A stretch of DNA of 64,000 nt from Marsupella aquatica (Eukaryota > Plantae > Marchantiophyta): positions 27,228,210 through 27,292,209 of the forward strand of contig OZ316893.1 in NCBI GenBank assembly GCA_973895155.1. The letters are read 5' to 3'. Position 1 is the first letter of the stretch. Each line of letters opens with the position of its first letter. The translations under genes and the position numbers were made by a program. Positions 34,341-45,630 of the stretch are shown here, in pieces. The notes below the pieces were generated by a model. That model saw only the letters and a program-made list of their open reading frames with translations, ran no database searches and was not told the origin of the DNA.

Positions 34341-35085
34341 TTCTTCTCGAATCAGACCACCACCGATATCACCACTTCGCTGTTCTTTCGGTTAATCCGG
34401 ACTCAAATCCAAATCTATGAAGCAGCCCGACGACAAGAAGCTCTTCTTCTACGTCAACTAAACTCGATCGATTGATCAAAAAGAGGCCAACCAACGTCTC
34501 CCGAGATGTTATTATTCCAACCCCAGCAGATCAACCTCGTCTACTCATTGCTTCATTGCCTGTCCCTTCCTCCCTCCCCCCCTCCGTTTCGGATCCTTAA
34601 AAAGAAGAATTCAACAAGTTCCAATCATTCCTTCACTGCGCTCTTCCGCGGCCGTCCTTCCCGAATGCGATGATGGTGGAGCAGGGCGGCCAAGGCATGG
34701 TCTCTACAACACCCTGCTCTACAAAAACGTGCTCATGCAACACCAATCCCAAAACCAGCACACCACGGCCTTCTCCTATTCACAACAACGAGAAAATATG
34801 TACGCAATGAATCCACCACACAATCACTTCTCTCCCTACTCCGCGTCGTCTTGTTCGTCTCCTCCTTCTTCTTCACCTCGTTTCCCCGGTTTCCACCTCC
34901 ACACCAGCCGAAAAGAGTAGACGTTGCTTCGAGTCGAGCTTTTCTCTCCTACCGATTGCATCGGACTCTTCCTTCTCACTCGATTCCTTTCTTCTCACTT
35001 CTTCTCCTCTCCATTCCTGCTCTTCCGCGGAGGTTTGCATGTCACGCGTTCCCCCTTCTCTGTGTCACTGACTTACTCCACCCCT

Positions 35086-35180
35086 CTCACCTCACCTCAC
35101 CTCACCTCACCTCGACTCGTTTACTTGGCCCCACCTTACCTTACCTCACCTCACCTTACCTCACTCACTGACTCACTCCA
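35086..35180. repeat. (CTCAC)n / (CTTAC)n microsatellite
   Basis: CTCACCTCACCTCACCTCACCTCACCTC...CCTTACCTTACCTCACCTCACCTTAC. Confidence 0.9.
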
Positions 35181-35236
35181 CCTGACCGCCCTTTACCGCC
35201 CCTCTCCTCCTGACTCAGTCCACCTGGGGGCCCCTT

Positions 35237-35630
35237 CCTATTTGAGGTAGGGAATAAAGGTTACCGGGTGTGATCATTTCTAAAGGTACTTACTATTTTC
35301 ATAAGCTCTTGCTCGGATCCTATTTGAAGTAGGGAATAAAGGTTACCAGGGTGTGATCATTTCTAAAGGTACTTGCTATTTCCATATCTCTTGCTTGGAA
35401 AGTCATGATGGGTAACTTGTCCAAGCTCATGAGGAGCCCATTGAGGTCTGGAGGAAATGCTTACTGGGTTAATCATTTAAAAAGGTAATTGCTATTTCTA
35501 TAATCTCTTGTTTGGGAAATTGGTTAGTTATTTCTAAAGATAATTGCTATTTCTATAATCTCTTGTTTGGGAAATTGGTTAATTATTTCTAAAGATAATT
35601 GTTATTTCCATAATCTCTTGCTTGGGAACT
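35237..35630. repeat. Compound tandem repeats (~82 bp x2 and ~55 bp x3) sharing TTCTAAAG.TA.TTGCTATTT.CATA.TCTCTTG
   Basis: CCTATTTGA(G/A)GTAGGGAATAAAGGTTACC at 35237 and about 35319. AATTGCTATTTCTATAATCTCTTG at about 35487, 35542 and 35597. Confidence 0.85.
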
Positions 35631-37511
35631 CGGTCTAGGTAGCTTTTTCCAGTGAAAGAAGTCTGGGCAGGGGTTGTAGCCTGGACCTGCTCCTGGAATA
35701 CTTGGAAAGCTTCCTAGCTGCCTCAGTCAAAGTTTAGTCATGGGTTACAAGCTAGTAACCCCAGCCCTGACTGCAGTAGGGCTTTGGTTCATCAGCCATG
35801 TGAGGGACTATTGGGCTTTTAGGCCTTTTTCCTAGAGTTTTCAACTTGTTTACCCCTTTGTTTGGTCTCCTGCCTTCACAGCATTGTCTCCTAATTTAGT
35901 GCTTTTTGTTATTTAGCAGTGTGATATATATGAGGCTTGATGGACCAACTTTGACACATTGTGGTATGTGGAGAAGCTAACAAAGAGAGAACCCTCTTGA
36001 GTAAATTTCAAACTTGGGCCTCCATCATCAAGGCAAAGGTTTGGGTTAACCACCCCACCAAGAAAATTTCTCACTTGTTGACTGTCACTGAGATTTTTGT
36101 TAAATATAGCTCACAAGGGTAAATGGGCTCAATGGGTACTACAATTCACAATAGAAATCTACCATTCATGAACCATTCCATAGAGTGAAACTATAAGCAA
36201 TGATATATATATTTAGACTATGTTTGTGAATAGAGACGGGCATGGGAAATCTATGTTTGGGGAGCCTTCCTGCGTGTATATATCTGTATTTAGACTAGTT
36301 CCTACAAACTAAAACCATCTTCCTGACAAATCGGCTCTTCCAGGAATGTAACAAAGGCCTGCTCCTACAAACCCTCGTCAAATATCACTTTCGCACTGAC
36401 AACTTCCTGTAGTGCCGGCATTTTGATAACTTAGTCAGTATTAGCCTTGCTTGCTTGCTTGTTCCCTAAACTGTAGGTGTAGGGTCTAGACAAATTGGTA
36501 TTTTGACAACTTAGTCAGTATTAGCCTTAGTGCCCATTTGTTTGAAGGTAAATAGAGGTTAAAACACTCAACTTCAAGCCCCCTATGTGATTGTCAGAGA
36601 TTACCTGCAACTTCAGGTACCCCAATTTTATTTGAGTCCCCACAATCACTGACGGGGGTTTCCCTAGACCATAGGTTTGACCACGATTAGTCAGCTGCAC
36701 ATTCTTACACCCCATCCTCCTCGTCCCTGGTGTAACCTGCTACTGTAAAGACAACACCTTCCACATCTTTTGCAAATACGCGGCGTTCGCGATTTCCAGC
36801 AAAATAATAATAATGATTGCTTTTGTCTGACACAAAATGGCCGCAGGGCATCGTCGTAACGTACCCGTACTATTTTCAGTTCCTTCAAGTACGGCTCCGG
36901 ACGGACGGAACAGGACGGACGGAGATCGTACCAGGCGGACGGAAGGGGCAGGCGAATTTATTATCGGCATTATTATCTTTCATTCCCGCTGAGGAAATTC
37001 CGCAGTGCGTTTTGCATCGATCGCATTTTCGAGATTTGCGGTCCAGATTGATCTGTTTTCTGTTGGACCAATAGATTGGCTCACGATGTGTTCCCTTCGA
37101 ATATTTTCGTGTACATTCCGGACAGATAATCCCCGACTCGTACTTCCGTAACTGAAAATCATTTTGGTACGGTATAATTATGTGCTCTTTCCACTTTTTC
37201 CGCCCTCTGGCTTTCCTCCCAAGTAATTGGGGAAAGCTAAACTAGCGTCACCAAAGCCTGCCACGTGCACCGTCGATGGGATCTGGGTAGATGGATGGGT
37301 CCAAAATGTATGACGGAAGGCAGATTGACTGTTACAGAGACATAATTATGTTATGTGGGGTGAGACGAATTTGAAAACATTGGATACCCAGAGAATTGAA
37401 ACCCTCCATAATATATATGAAGGTCATTGCTGCTTACCATAATCCTGTCCTGTAAGAGATGCAAAATGAGACCCTACAACCCATGACAGTCCTCAAAGTT
37501 GATCCCCCCCT

Positions 37512-37694
37512 TTAATTCTCATCTGCTCCTCGCCTTAGGCTATTTTTGGGCCCTCCTGTGGTTTTGGGCACTTTGGCTCGTGGTTGATGTGTGTCTTTGC
37601 TCTTTGGGTTTGTTTTCTCTTTCCCCAGCTAGTCTTTGCCCCAGTGGCCCTTTGGTTTCAGTGGTGCATTGTCACTTTTTCAAAGAAAAATAAA
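37512..37694 (+). mobile_element. Possible short LINE 3'-UTR insertion
   Basis: T-rich tract ending CAAAGAAAAATAAAA, flanked by imperfect ATCCCCCCCT / ATCCCTCCCT. Confidence 0.35.
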
Positions 37695-38797
37695 ATCCCT
37701 CCCTGTTTTTTCATCCTGGAAATAGAGTCTGAACGGCACTAAACCCAAACTTGGAAAATCGTTGGGCCCATCATACCCCCTAATCGAGAGAAAGAGACGG
37801 GGAGACAAGGGACATGACTTGGTTCCCATCAAGTAACCCTCACGCGGTTAGCGCCAATCGGTCCACCCCGGGATGGCTGAATGCGAAAGAGAAAGACGGG
37901 ACCAAGGGACGTCCCTGGTCCCAGCCCGAGCAAACTGCGTTAGCAACGTTTCTTGTTTGCATCGAAAAACTTCCCGTTGATTCCGTTCCTACCATCGTTT
38001 CGTTTTGCCTTGGAACGTTCATCGGAAACCGTTCATAGGAGGAAAGTTTCAGTGAAAGTCATGTAGTCTTTGTGGTTGTCGTCAGCCCCTGGCGGCGGGC
38101 AGCTGAAGGGTCTGATACGATACAACACGGGGACGATCGAGCAACCCCAAAGTTTTCCGCCCAAAATGGGCCAACAGGAGTAAGATATACACGACAGAGA
38201 CCATAGCCATAAGAGAGAGGATCATAGTTGCTAGAAACCCAAGACATTTAGATTATGGACCCTCAAAATGAAAATGTTATTTGATGTACCCCATGAGTGA
38301 TACAGACCCTTGATAAAATAGTGTACCCCATGAGTGATCCAGACCCTTGATATACCTTAAATCAAAGCACCCAAAATCTTATGGGGTTGGTTGGGGAGAA
38401 AAAATTGGTTTGGGGTTCATCAAGTAAATGTCTACTAGAACCCCAGTGATTGTATACTGCCCAAGAAAATTCCTTTGATGAACAAACAGGAATCTGGTTT
38501 ATATCCAAGGCTATATCATAATCTTAAAAGGGTTAATTCAGTTTTTTCCAGGCCCCAAACTCGAAACTTCATTGTTGAGATTGCAGACTGGTTCTAGGCT
38601 TAGAGAGAGGACCACCAGGGTAAAGCAAGGCGTTATTTTATTCCAGTTGACCTAGTAAATACTCTCATTTAATTTCTCTGTAAGACTATAAAGCCTAGCA
38701 GACACTAGGATTAGAGGAGAACCATGCATCAAGCCACAGAATGAGTTGTGGGAGAAAACCTACAATCCCTAACAGGGTCTGTTGACATAGCAATAAT

Positions 38798-40901
38798 AGG
38801 GCGTCTCAAATATCTGTTTTTGCGGGCCCAGTCAGTGACCGTAACATGTCACTTATGGGTTAAGACTGTGAAAGTTATGGACTGCCATTTTTGGCAGTCG
38901 ATTACTTTCTTACGAACGGCGACGGTAACCCGGCACCGTAGTGCACAGGGCCATAACAACTTGACGGTCCCGTATGAAGAACAGGATCGGGCTGAACTGG
39001 GAATCTGCGGGGAGGGGAGAGCATTTGCTGGGAGAATCACAGATTGCAGACGAGCAGACAATCAGGGAGGCGACAACGACAACGACCATTGCAACATTGG
39101 CCGTTTGGGCGTCACTACTCTCGATTGAACGAGAAGACAAGACTAGGTTGAACGTGCTAGGAGACAACAAGGGGACAACAACTTAGTTCGCAGCTGATTG
39201 TCAACCTCCAGGCAGGAACCAGAGCAACTTGCAAACAGTTCAGTATCCCATTTTCCGCTTTGTGTAGGAGCATAGGAATCCACTTGAAGGGCAAGGTCTC
39301 TGGTCTGTCTGAACTCCCTCTTTGAGAGCTAACGCCTAACTTCTGCCAGGTCTGTTGTTTTCCAGGAGCCATGGATCAATGGGCGTCACTTGCATTTGTG
39401 GAGGAGAATAGGATTGCTGGAAATTCTGTCACTTTTCCTCCAGCACTCGTTTTCCCAGGAAATTTTGTTGCCAAGAATCCCTTCCCTAGGAAATCTACAT
39501 ATTCTTCATGCTGTGCATGCCTGAAGTCCCTAGAGTTTGGTCAAAAATGTCACCACACTTCGCCTGCTCAAATCTCATTTCGGTTTCAACTAATTTTGTA
39601 TGATGCATTCCATGGTGGGGTGTGTCATGTGCGTGCCCAGATGTGGGACACTGCTTCTACCTTTCTAGGTTGCTCTCCTTTTGAGTTTAGTGCATACTCT
39701 GAAGCAGAGCAGCTATACCGAGTCCATTCAATTTCCCAGATTGCCCCAAAGCTATCACAAAATAGGGCATGCATCCTCTCAACTTTGGGGGCAGGCCTTG
39801 TTCAACTTGTCCTCAATGGACATTCCTGCAGCAATCTCAGCTTCGTTGAGCCCTCCCCCACTAGCTGTCTGTCTTCAATGCAAGCACCTCTTTGAATCAC
39901 TTAATGTATCTCTCATATCTCTTCCAAAGATTATCTCCTACCAAGATTATCTCCTATAGTAATCGCCATAGGAAATCCGTGTGCTTGCAAAACTACAAGC
40001 ATCTGCTTGAAAGTAGTCTTCTTGGTAGGGCATTTCCCATTGATCCTAGTACTATTAATGCTTCCATGGAGCTGTGCAAAATTGTCAGGATTTTCCAGCC
40101 AGTTGAGGATCTTGCTATAATCTTCGACCCTCAATTGAACCTTGTCTCCAGGGAGCAGATATGTTGCTGGAGCTGGGGTAGACTGAACTGGACGCAGAGG
40201 ATTAAAGGGCCTTTGATTTGCTTGCACATTTGCCATCTCATAATTGATAGGAGCAGCAACAACTATCCATGGTAGAACTTCAATTGAAACCGGAATTTCA
40301 GCAGCTTCCTGCACAGAGCACCTACCGTCCTCTCCAACACCCTCAGACAAAGTTGCAACAATGGGCCCAGAAACAATCGATGGGGAAACTTTGATTGACA
40401 CAGAAATTTCAGCAGCTTGCTGCACAGAGCGCCCAACGACCTGTCCAACACCTTGAGACGAAGTTGCGAGAATTGCCCCAGCAACAATCCCTCCCACAGA
40501 AATCGGCACGATCTGTGGCATCGACTCCCCCATTTTTTGCAAAACCACGAGCAAAACCAATGATTGAAGAATCGGGGGGAACGAAGATTCAAAAAACTTC
40601 CAAGCCGAGCTCGACTATTGGGGGAAATCGGGGGTAGTCGTAGTTTCGCTCAAATTTGAAAACGTATAATTTGGGACCCGGGCCATGGTAGTCACACTTG
40701 GCGGCAGATTTGCACAAAACAAGGAATATTGAGCAGGGTGTTAAGCCCATTTTGACGGCCGGTTAAGACTTCCCTACAGTTACCGTCCATTGCATAATTT
40801 ACCCCCCAACCCATAAATGCACTGTAGGCATATCCCGTAACCACTATTACGGAATACAGTACCTGCCCGTGTGGGGAAATCTCCCATATTTGAGACGCCC
40901 T
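38798..40901. mobile_element. 2.1-kb TIR DNA transposon, PIF/Harbinger-related, non-autonomous
   Basis: Perfect TIR (T)AGGGCGTCTCAAATAT 38797-38813 / ATATTTGAGACGCCCT(A) 40886-40902. AATAAT lies on both flanks of 38798..40901. Internal decayed Myb/SANT-like ORF; no DDE transposase is seen. Confidence 0.8.
39720..40560 (-). pseudogene. Decayed Myb/SANT-like DNA-binding protein of the Harbinger-type element
   Basis: DYSKILNWLENPDNFAQLHG...KKTTFKQML...DNL..RYERYIK*FKEVL...GGGLNEAEIAAGMSIEDKLNKACP..ERMHALF, read across a small duplication, stops and frameshifts. Confidence 0.6.
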
Positions 40902-42234
40902 AATAATATATATTTTTGAGGTGGAAACAGGCTCCCCTCACCCTTTTCCTTCTCTCCTGTCTAAAAGTCCACGGCATTATAGGGGTTCCAGGCAGAACCC
41001 AAATTACTGCCGACAGGCTAAAATGTGCATTCTAGACCAAAGTATATATAACACTACCAACGAACAAAGACAAAACCAGGAGACAGGATCCTAAAAATGT
41101 TACTTTTTAAAGCTTTTTTGTAACTTCCTTGGATTAATTTCTGATCATCAAATTCTCCCAGGATTTAAGGATAACCAGTACATTATGGCCAATGGGGTTA
41201 CGTGGAAATCTGGCTATTGGAGACGAAAGATCTCTTACCAAATGAGAGATATGAAATATACAGTAGCAAGACGTGAATAGTGTTACTCACATTAATTCCA
41301 AAGAAAAGAATATTGGGTTGTACTCATGAATTAGTCTTACTCACAATTCCATTATAACACATATAGTTATACGTTTATAATTCCTTTATTACACTATTTT
41401 ATGTACATGAATTTGGGTTAAATTGAACTCAAAAGTGGAAAATGGTGGGGAAAACATTATAATGAAAATTTGACAAGCAATCAGTGTTACTTTGGACTTA
41501 AGGTCACCCTTTCTTCCTGAAGCAACAGGCGGAAAACGACAAGAATTAGTGTTGATATAGATTCAAGATGCCCGTCACCAAAATAAACATTACTAACACT
41601 GATTCTTGGATTACCACTCATTACTTTGGACAGTGTAGCGAATTCTCGTCAAAAAATGCATTTGGTTTCGGGAGTAGTAGCTGGCATTATTTTGTCTGCA
41701 GGGTAAGTGGAGTGGCTTTCGGTGGAAGGCAAGGAAAGGAGGGCAGGGGGCAACACCTAATTATCTGGCCGGCAGCAGACGGACAACGGGGCACCCACTA
41801 CTACTAAAGCTGCGAAGTAATAAAAGCTCCCGAATGGACTGGAGACAGACGGAAAGAAAGAAAGAATGCCTTCCTTCCAAAGCCAACTTCTCAATCAAGC
41901 AAGCAAGCCAGAAAGACAACAAACAAACAAAACATTATTTACTTCACCAGCACATCATTCTTTCTGCTCCTACGGAATGAATGACGCACCATTACCTTTT
42001 TCCGTATCAGGCTCAGAGTGGAGCCAAATTCTTGTCGGATCGTTAGGGGCAAGTGGATTGAGTGTCTTGGCCTCAAAGTCAGCACCCATTTCCATAACCT
42101 CTTTCCATTTGTGAGGCAAATGGATGAACATGCTAGGGGGTCTCATATCTCAAAATTTAACTTAGGAATTAAGGTAGGCAAATACAGAAAAAGTGATGGG
42201 CTATAAAAGTTACATTGTTAGTAAATTTTTGCAA

Positions 42235-42350
42235 TAAAGATTGGTCATATAGCATAAGTCATTCTAGAGACTAATGAAAAAACAACTTTTATATGACCTT
42301 GTGAAACAGCTATGGCCATTTTTTATGGCCAAATTCTATCATCTGCAACT
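42235..42350 (-). repeat. Dispersed repeat, homologous to 63345..63470 (+)
   Basis: The reverse complement CAGATGATAGAATTTGGCCATAAA..ATAGCTGTTTCACAAGGTCATAT.AAAGTTG..GACTTATG..ATATGACCAATCTTTAT aligns with the copy near the window end. Confidence 0.75.
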
Positions 42351-42971
42351 TGAAGCTTTGAGACACCTCACTGGATTGCAGTAGCTAAAAAATGTGTTCA
42401 AAGTAACCCATGGAGCCAAGGAGATTAGGAGATGTAATATCCGAGGGCCAGGAGCCTGAGGGGGCTACACTTATGGCCCTTGTGTGGCCATGGGTTGATG
42501 AGCATAACCTCTGATTGTAATTTTGCTGACCTGGAAATTGCACCTAAAATTGGATAACCCTTTAGGCAGGCCAGCCTTAAGAGCTGGAAGACATTCCTGA
42601 CCCAAAAGTATGAGTTTTAAACTTCAGCCCCACAAGTGATTAACCAAGCTTTAGTGAGTCTGATACTTTACTCCTGGGAAAACCTGGGCAACCATAATAG
42701 GAGCCAAAAACTGAGAGGTTTAAGATTCCTTAATGGATAACATGTTATCTCGTAGTGGCTACTTTTGATTTTGAGTAACTCACAATTCAAAATTCAGAAA
42801 CAGTGTAGTTTTACTTGAAATGAGCCCACCTCCTTTAGATTTAACTGAGGCGAGGACAAAGGGTCTGTCACATCTAAACTGTGCTTCAAACACTTGCCCC
42901 TTCAAGAGGTTACCCCCAGCATTTTCTATAGTGGCAAAATTTTGCTAGATTCCACCCCTCCAAAAAGTCTT

Positions 42972-43870
42972 TATTTTATTTTATTTTTAAATTTCATTTA
43001 TTCTGTTTGAACCCCACGGAGAGGGAAATTAGCAGGCCCAAAGGCAAAAGCGGCTCCAAAGGCCAGAAAAGAGGAACAGATCTAGCACACTAAGCCTAAG
43101 TCCACCCATTTTCTTTGGAGGAAAAAAACCCGTCTTCAAATCTGCCTAAGTCCTTCAGCAACAGTCTACCTTCAGAAAGAAGTGTCTGGACAGCGATTTT
43201 AATTGACTAAGGGCCATCCTCTAGTCTACCCCCAGTTTCAATATTGCAAGATCACTACTCTTCTTACTTTTCTCCTTACAAGCGCTATTTTCGTTCAGTT
43301 TCTAAAATACTCAAAGCCTCAGTCAATCACTCCTGCTTCCTACCAGAGAGGGAAGTGGTCACTGAATGCACTGCCATGAGATGATCAATGATCTCTGAAA
43401 TATCTTGCAGCTGATCAAAGGAGCGGCAAGGTGTCAAATAAAAAACCTGTGTGTTTTGGGCATTCCATAAGCTCCAGAGAACCTGATAGATTACAAATGC
43501 CCTTAACGACTGTTATGGTGTACGTCCCTGGAAGTAGCGTAGCAGCTCTATGATGGATACTCACAAAATTTCTGATGAGTTCAACTCTCATCCAGCTTGT
43601 CATCTCATTCCATACATTACAAGCATGTTTACAGTGGCAAAACAGATGGGGTAGTGTTTCAACCCTTTGTGCACAGTAACCATTGGATTTCCCCATTCTC
43701 CGTGCCCTTACTCTAGAGAACAACCCTGTGCAACAATGCGCCAAATGAATACCTTAGCTCGCATTGATAGATCTGATGACCACATCCCTTTCCACATTCA
43801 ACTCCATTCTTGCTCATTAAGTGTCACTCTCCAAATACAATTCAACCGTTCCCAATCAGAGCCCTAAGGT
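42972..43870 (-). mobile_element. 5'-truncated L1 LINE (zf-RVT region and 3' UTR) with 16-bp TSD
   Basis: TSD CCCTCCAAAAAGTCTT at 42956-42971 and 43871-43886. (TTTTA)n tail on + from 42972. Protein remnant CAQRVETLPHLFCHCKHACNVWN. It is inserted into a copy of the 13830..16030 repeat family. Confidence 0.92.
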
Positions 43871-44079
43871 CCCTCCAAAAAGTCTTCACCACATCTGGCC
43901 AAAAATTTCTGTCTTTTATTGTCTTCCATCCCACCTAATCACAATCCCTAATGGTCATTCTTAAATATAAGGAGACCTGATTGTCAGAATTTAATTTAGT
44001 AATATTAGATGAGGAATACTCCTAGCATCTTCTCTGTCACAAGGTGACATTTGTCTTAGGGACATACTCCTAAATGTAC

Positions 44080-44207
44080 AGTTATTACAAAATCATAGTT
44101 GGTCTAACCCTAGTCAGGTGCTTGGTTAAGGTTAGATGTGTTACTACTATATTCACCTCAACCAAGCACTTGACTGGGCTTAGACTAACTACGGTTATAT
44201 AATAACT
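44080..44207. repeat. ~128-bp imperfect foldback hairpin (MITE-like)
   Basis: Paired segments AGTTATTA/TAATAACT, TAGTTGGTCTAA/TTAGACTAACTA and AGTCAGGTGCTTGGTT/AACCAAGCACTTGACT. Confidence 0.85.
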
Positions 44208-45630
44208 CTAGACCTAAGATAAATTACTACTACAAACCTTGGAGAAGATGCTATGAGTGTTCCTTGGCCCAAACCTAAATTATTTTTTCTGAGTTCTTTC
44301 ATTTTCACCCAGTCTCTACTTGCTGGACCTCTGCCTTAGATATTGAAATGTGAAATATGTCTCAATCCACTATGACAAACACAAAAATTATCAAGTATAT
44401 GTGCTCAAACGAAAGTCCCCATAATCCGAAAGTTGTATCTGCTTTGGATTAGTATTTCCAGTGCAATGGATGACTCAATAAGTGTAAGGTCTTACGTTGA
44501 GAGTGGGTAACTAAACCTCAGTTTTGGTACGAGTCAGGTGTCGCAACACATCATACCAACCCGGGCTGATATGAGATAGTTTTACCCTACCCAGAGACCC
44601 AATACCTGCCAAACACTGGTGAAGACCATCTTGTTAACCTTTGGTTGCTCTAAGAAAACAAGATATTTCCCAATTTGAATGTAGGAGTGCCATTCTGACG
44701 TTGTAGAAGTTCGCAATAGATATTTTCCAATTCGGATGTAGGAGTGCCATTCTGACTCTCTAGACGCTCCAAATTCGGATAAGGTTAGCAGTCCAGGCAA
44801 CCATCATAGTGCTAGTGGAAAGTACAACCATGGACTGTGTCGTCTTGTCCCTCCGTCTATCGAGCTGATTGGGACTTTCTTCCATCCTTTGCAGAACATC
44901 AATCCCGGGTGTGTAAGTCAAATCTTATTTCTTTTACTTGATGACCATTCTCAAACATATACTCTGCTTTTTAAGTGTGAAAGCTCATGACCATTTTAAG
45001 AATGTCTTCACAAAATTCATCGGCCAAAGGAAATTTGCTTCCACTTCATCCCTCCAATCTGCTGCGTAGTCACCGAAAGAGTAGTGACCTCACAGAAAGA
45101 GTCATGACAGTTCACCCCAGGTACTGAGTAGTGATAATTGTCACTTTCATATGTCTCACTGAGATGATACAAGTGTAATATGCCTTTTTCACCTTAAAAG
45201 GGTGGCATCAATTGGATGCAGTAGTACAATCGGATTGCAAGCTAGTTGTTGTATGCTGTCACTCTGAGTCGCACGACGCTATTCTGAGGGAGATAAAATT
45301 TTCTGCTCCCCACAGAAAAACGCTCCTATCTTTGTACATTTCATTCACCAAATATGCCTCGACCTTGCAAACTTGGATGTGCCCCTAAAATATCACGGAC
45401 CGAGACTTGGGGCCCAGCCAGTCCAACAGATGCCGTATGCATTTTTGACCAATTTGAAGAACAAATTAGGTTCAGCATCCAAATTCGAATACATAAGATA
45501 CAGCATCTACTGGTGGCTCTACGAGCACGATCTGTTCTCATGGACGCCAGTGGACGTTTGGTACTGCCTGGTTCTTGGATGCTTCAGTTCCAGGATGACA
45601 TGCCTGCTCAAATTATTGGGGCTGAACGAT

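Noticed and set aside
36394-36413. CACTG...TGTAGTG as a CACTA terminus
   Set aside because: No matching partner TIR, TSD or transposase was found in the window.
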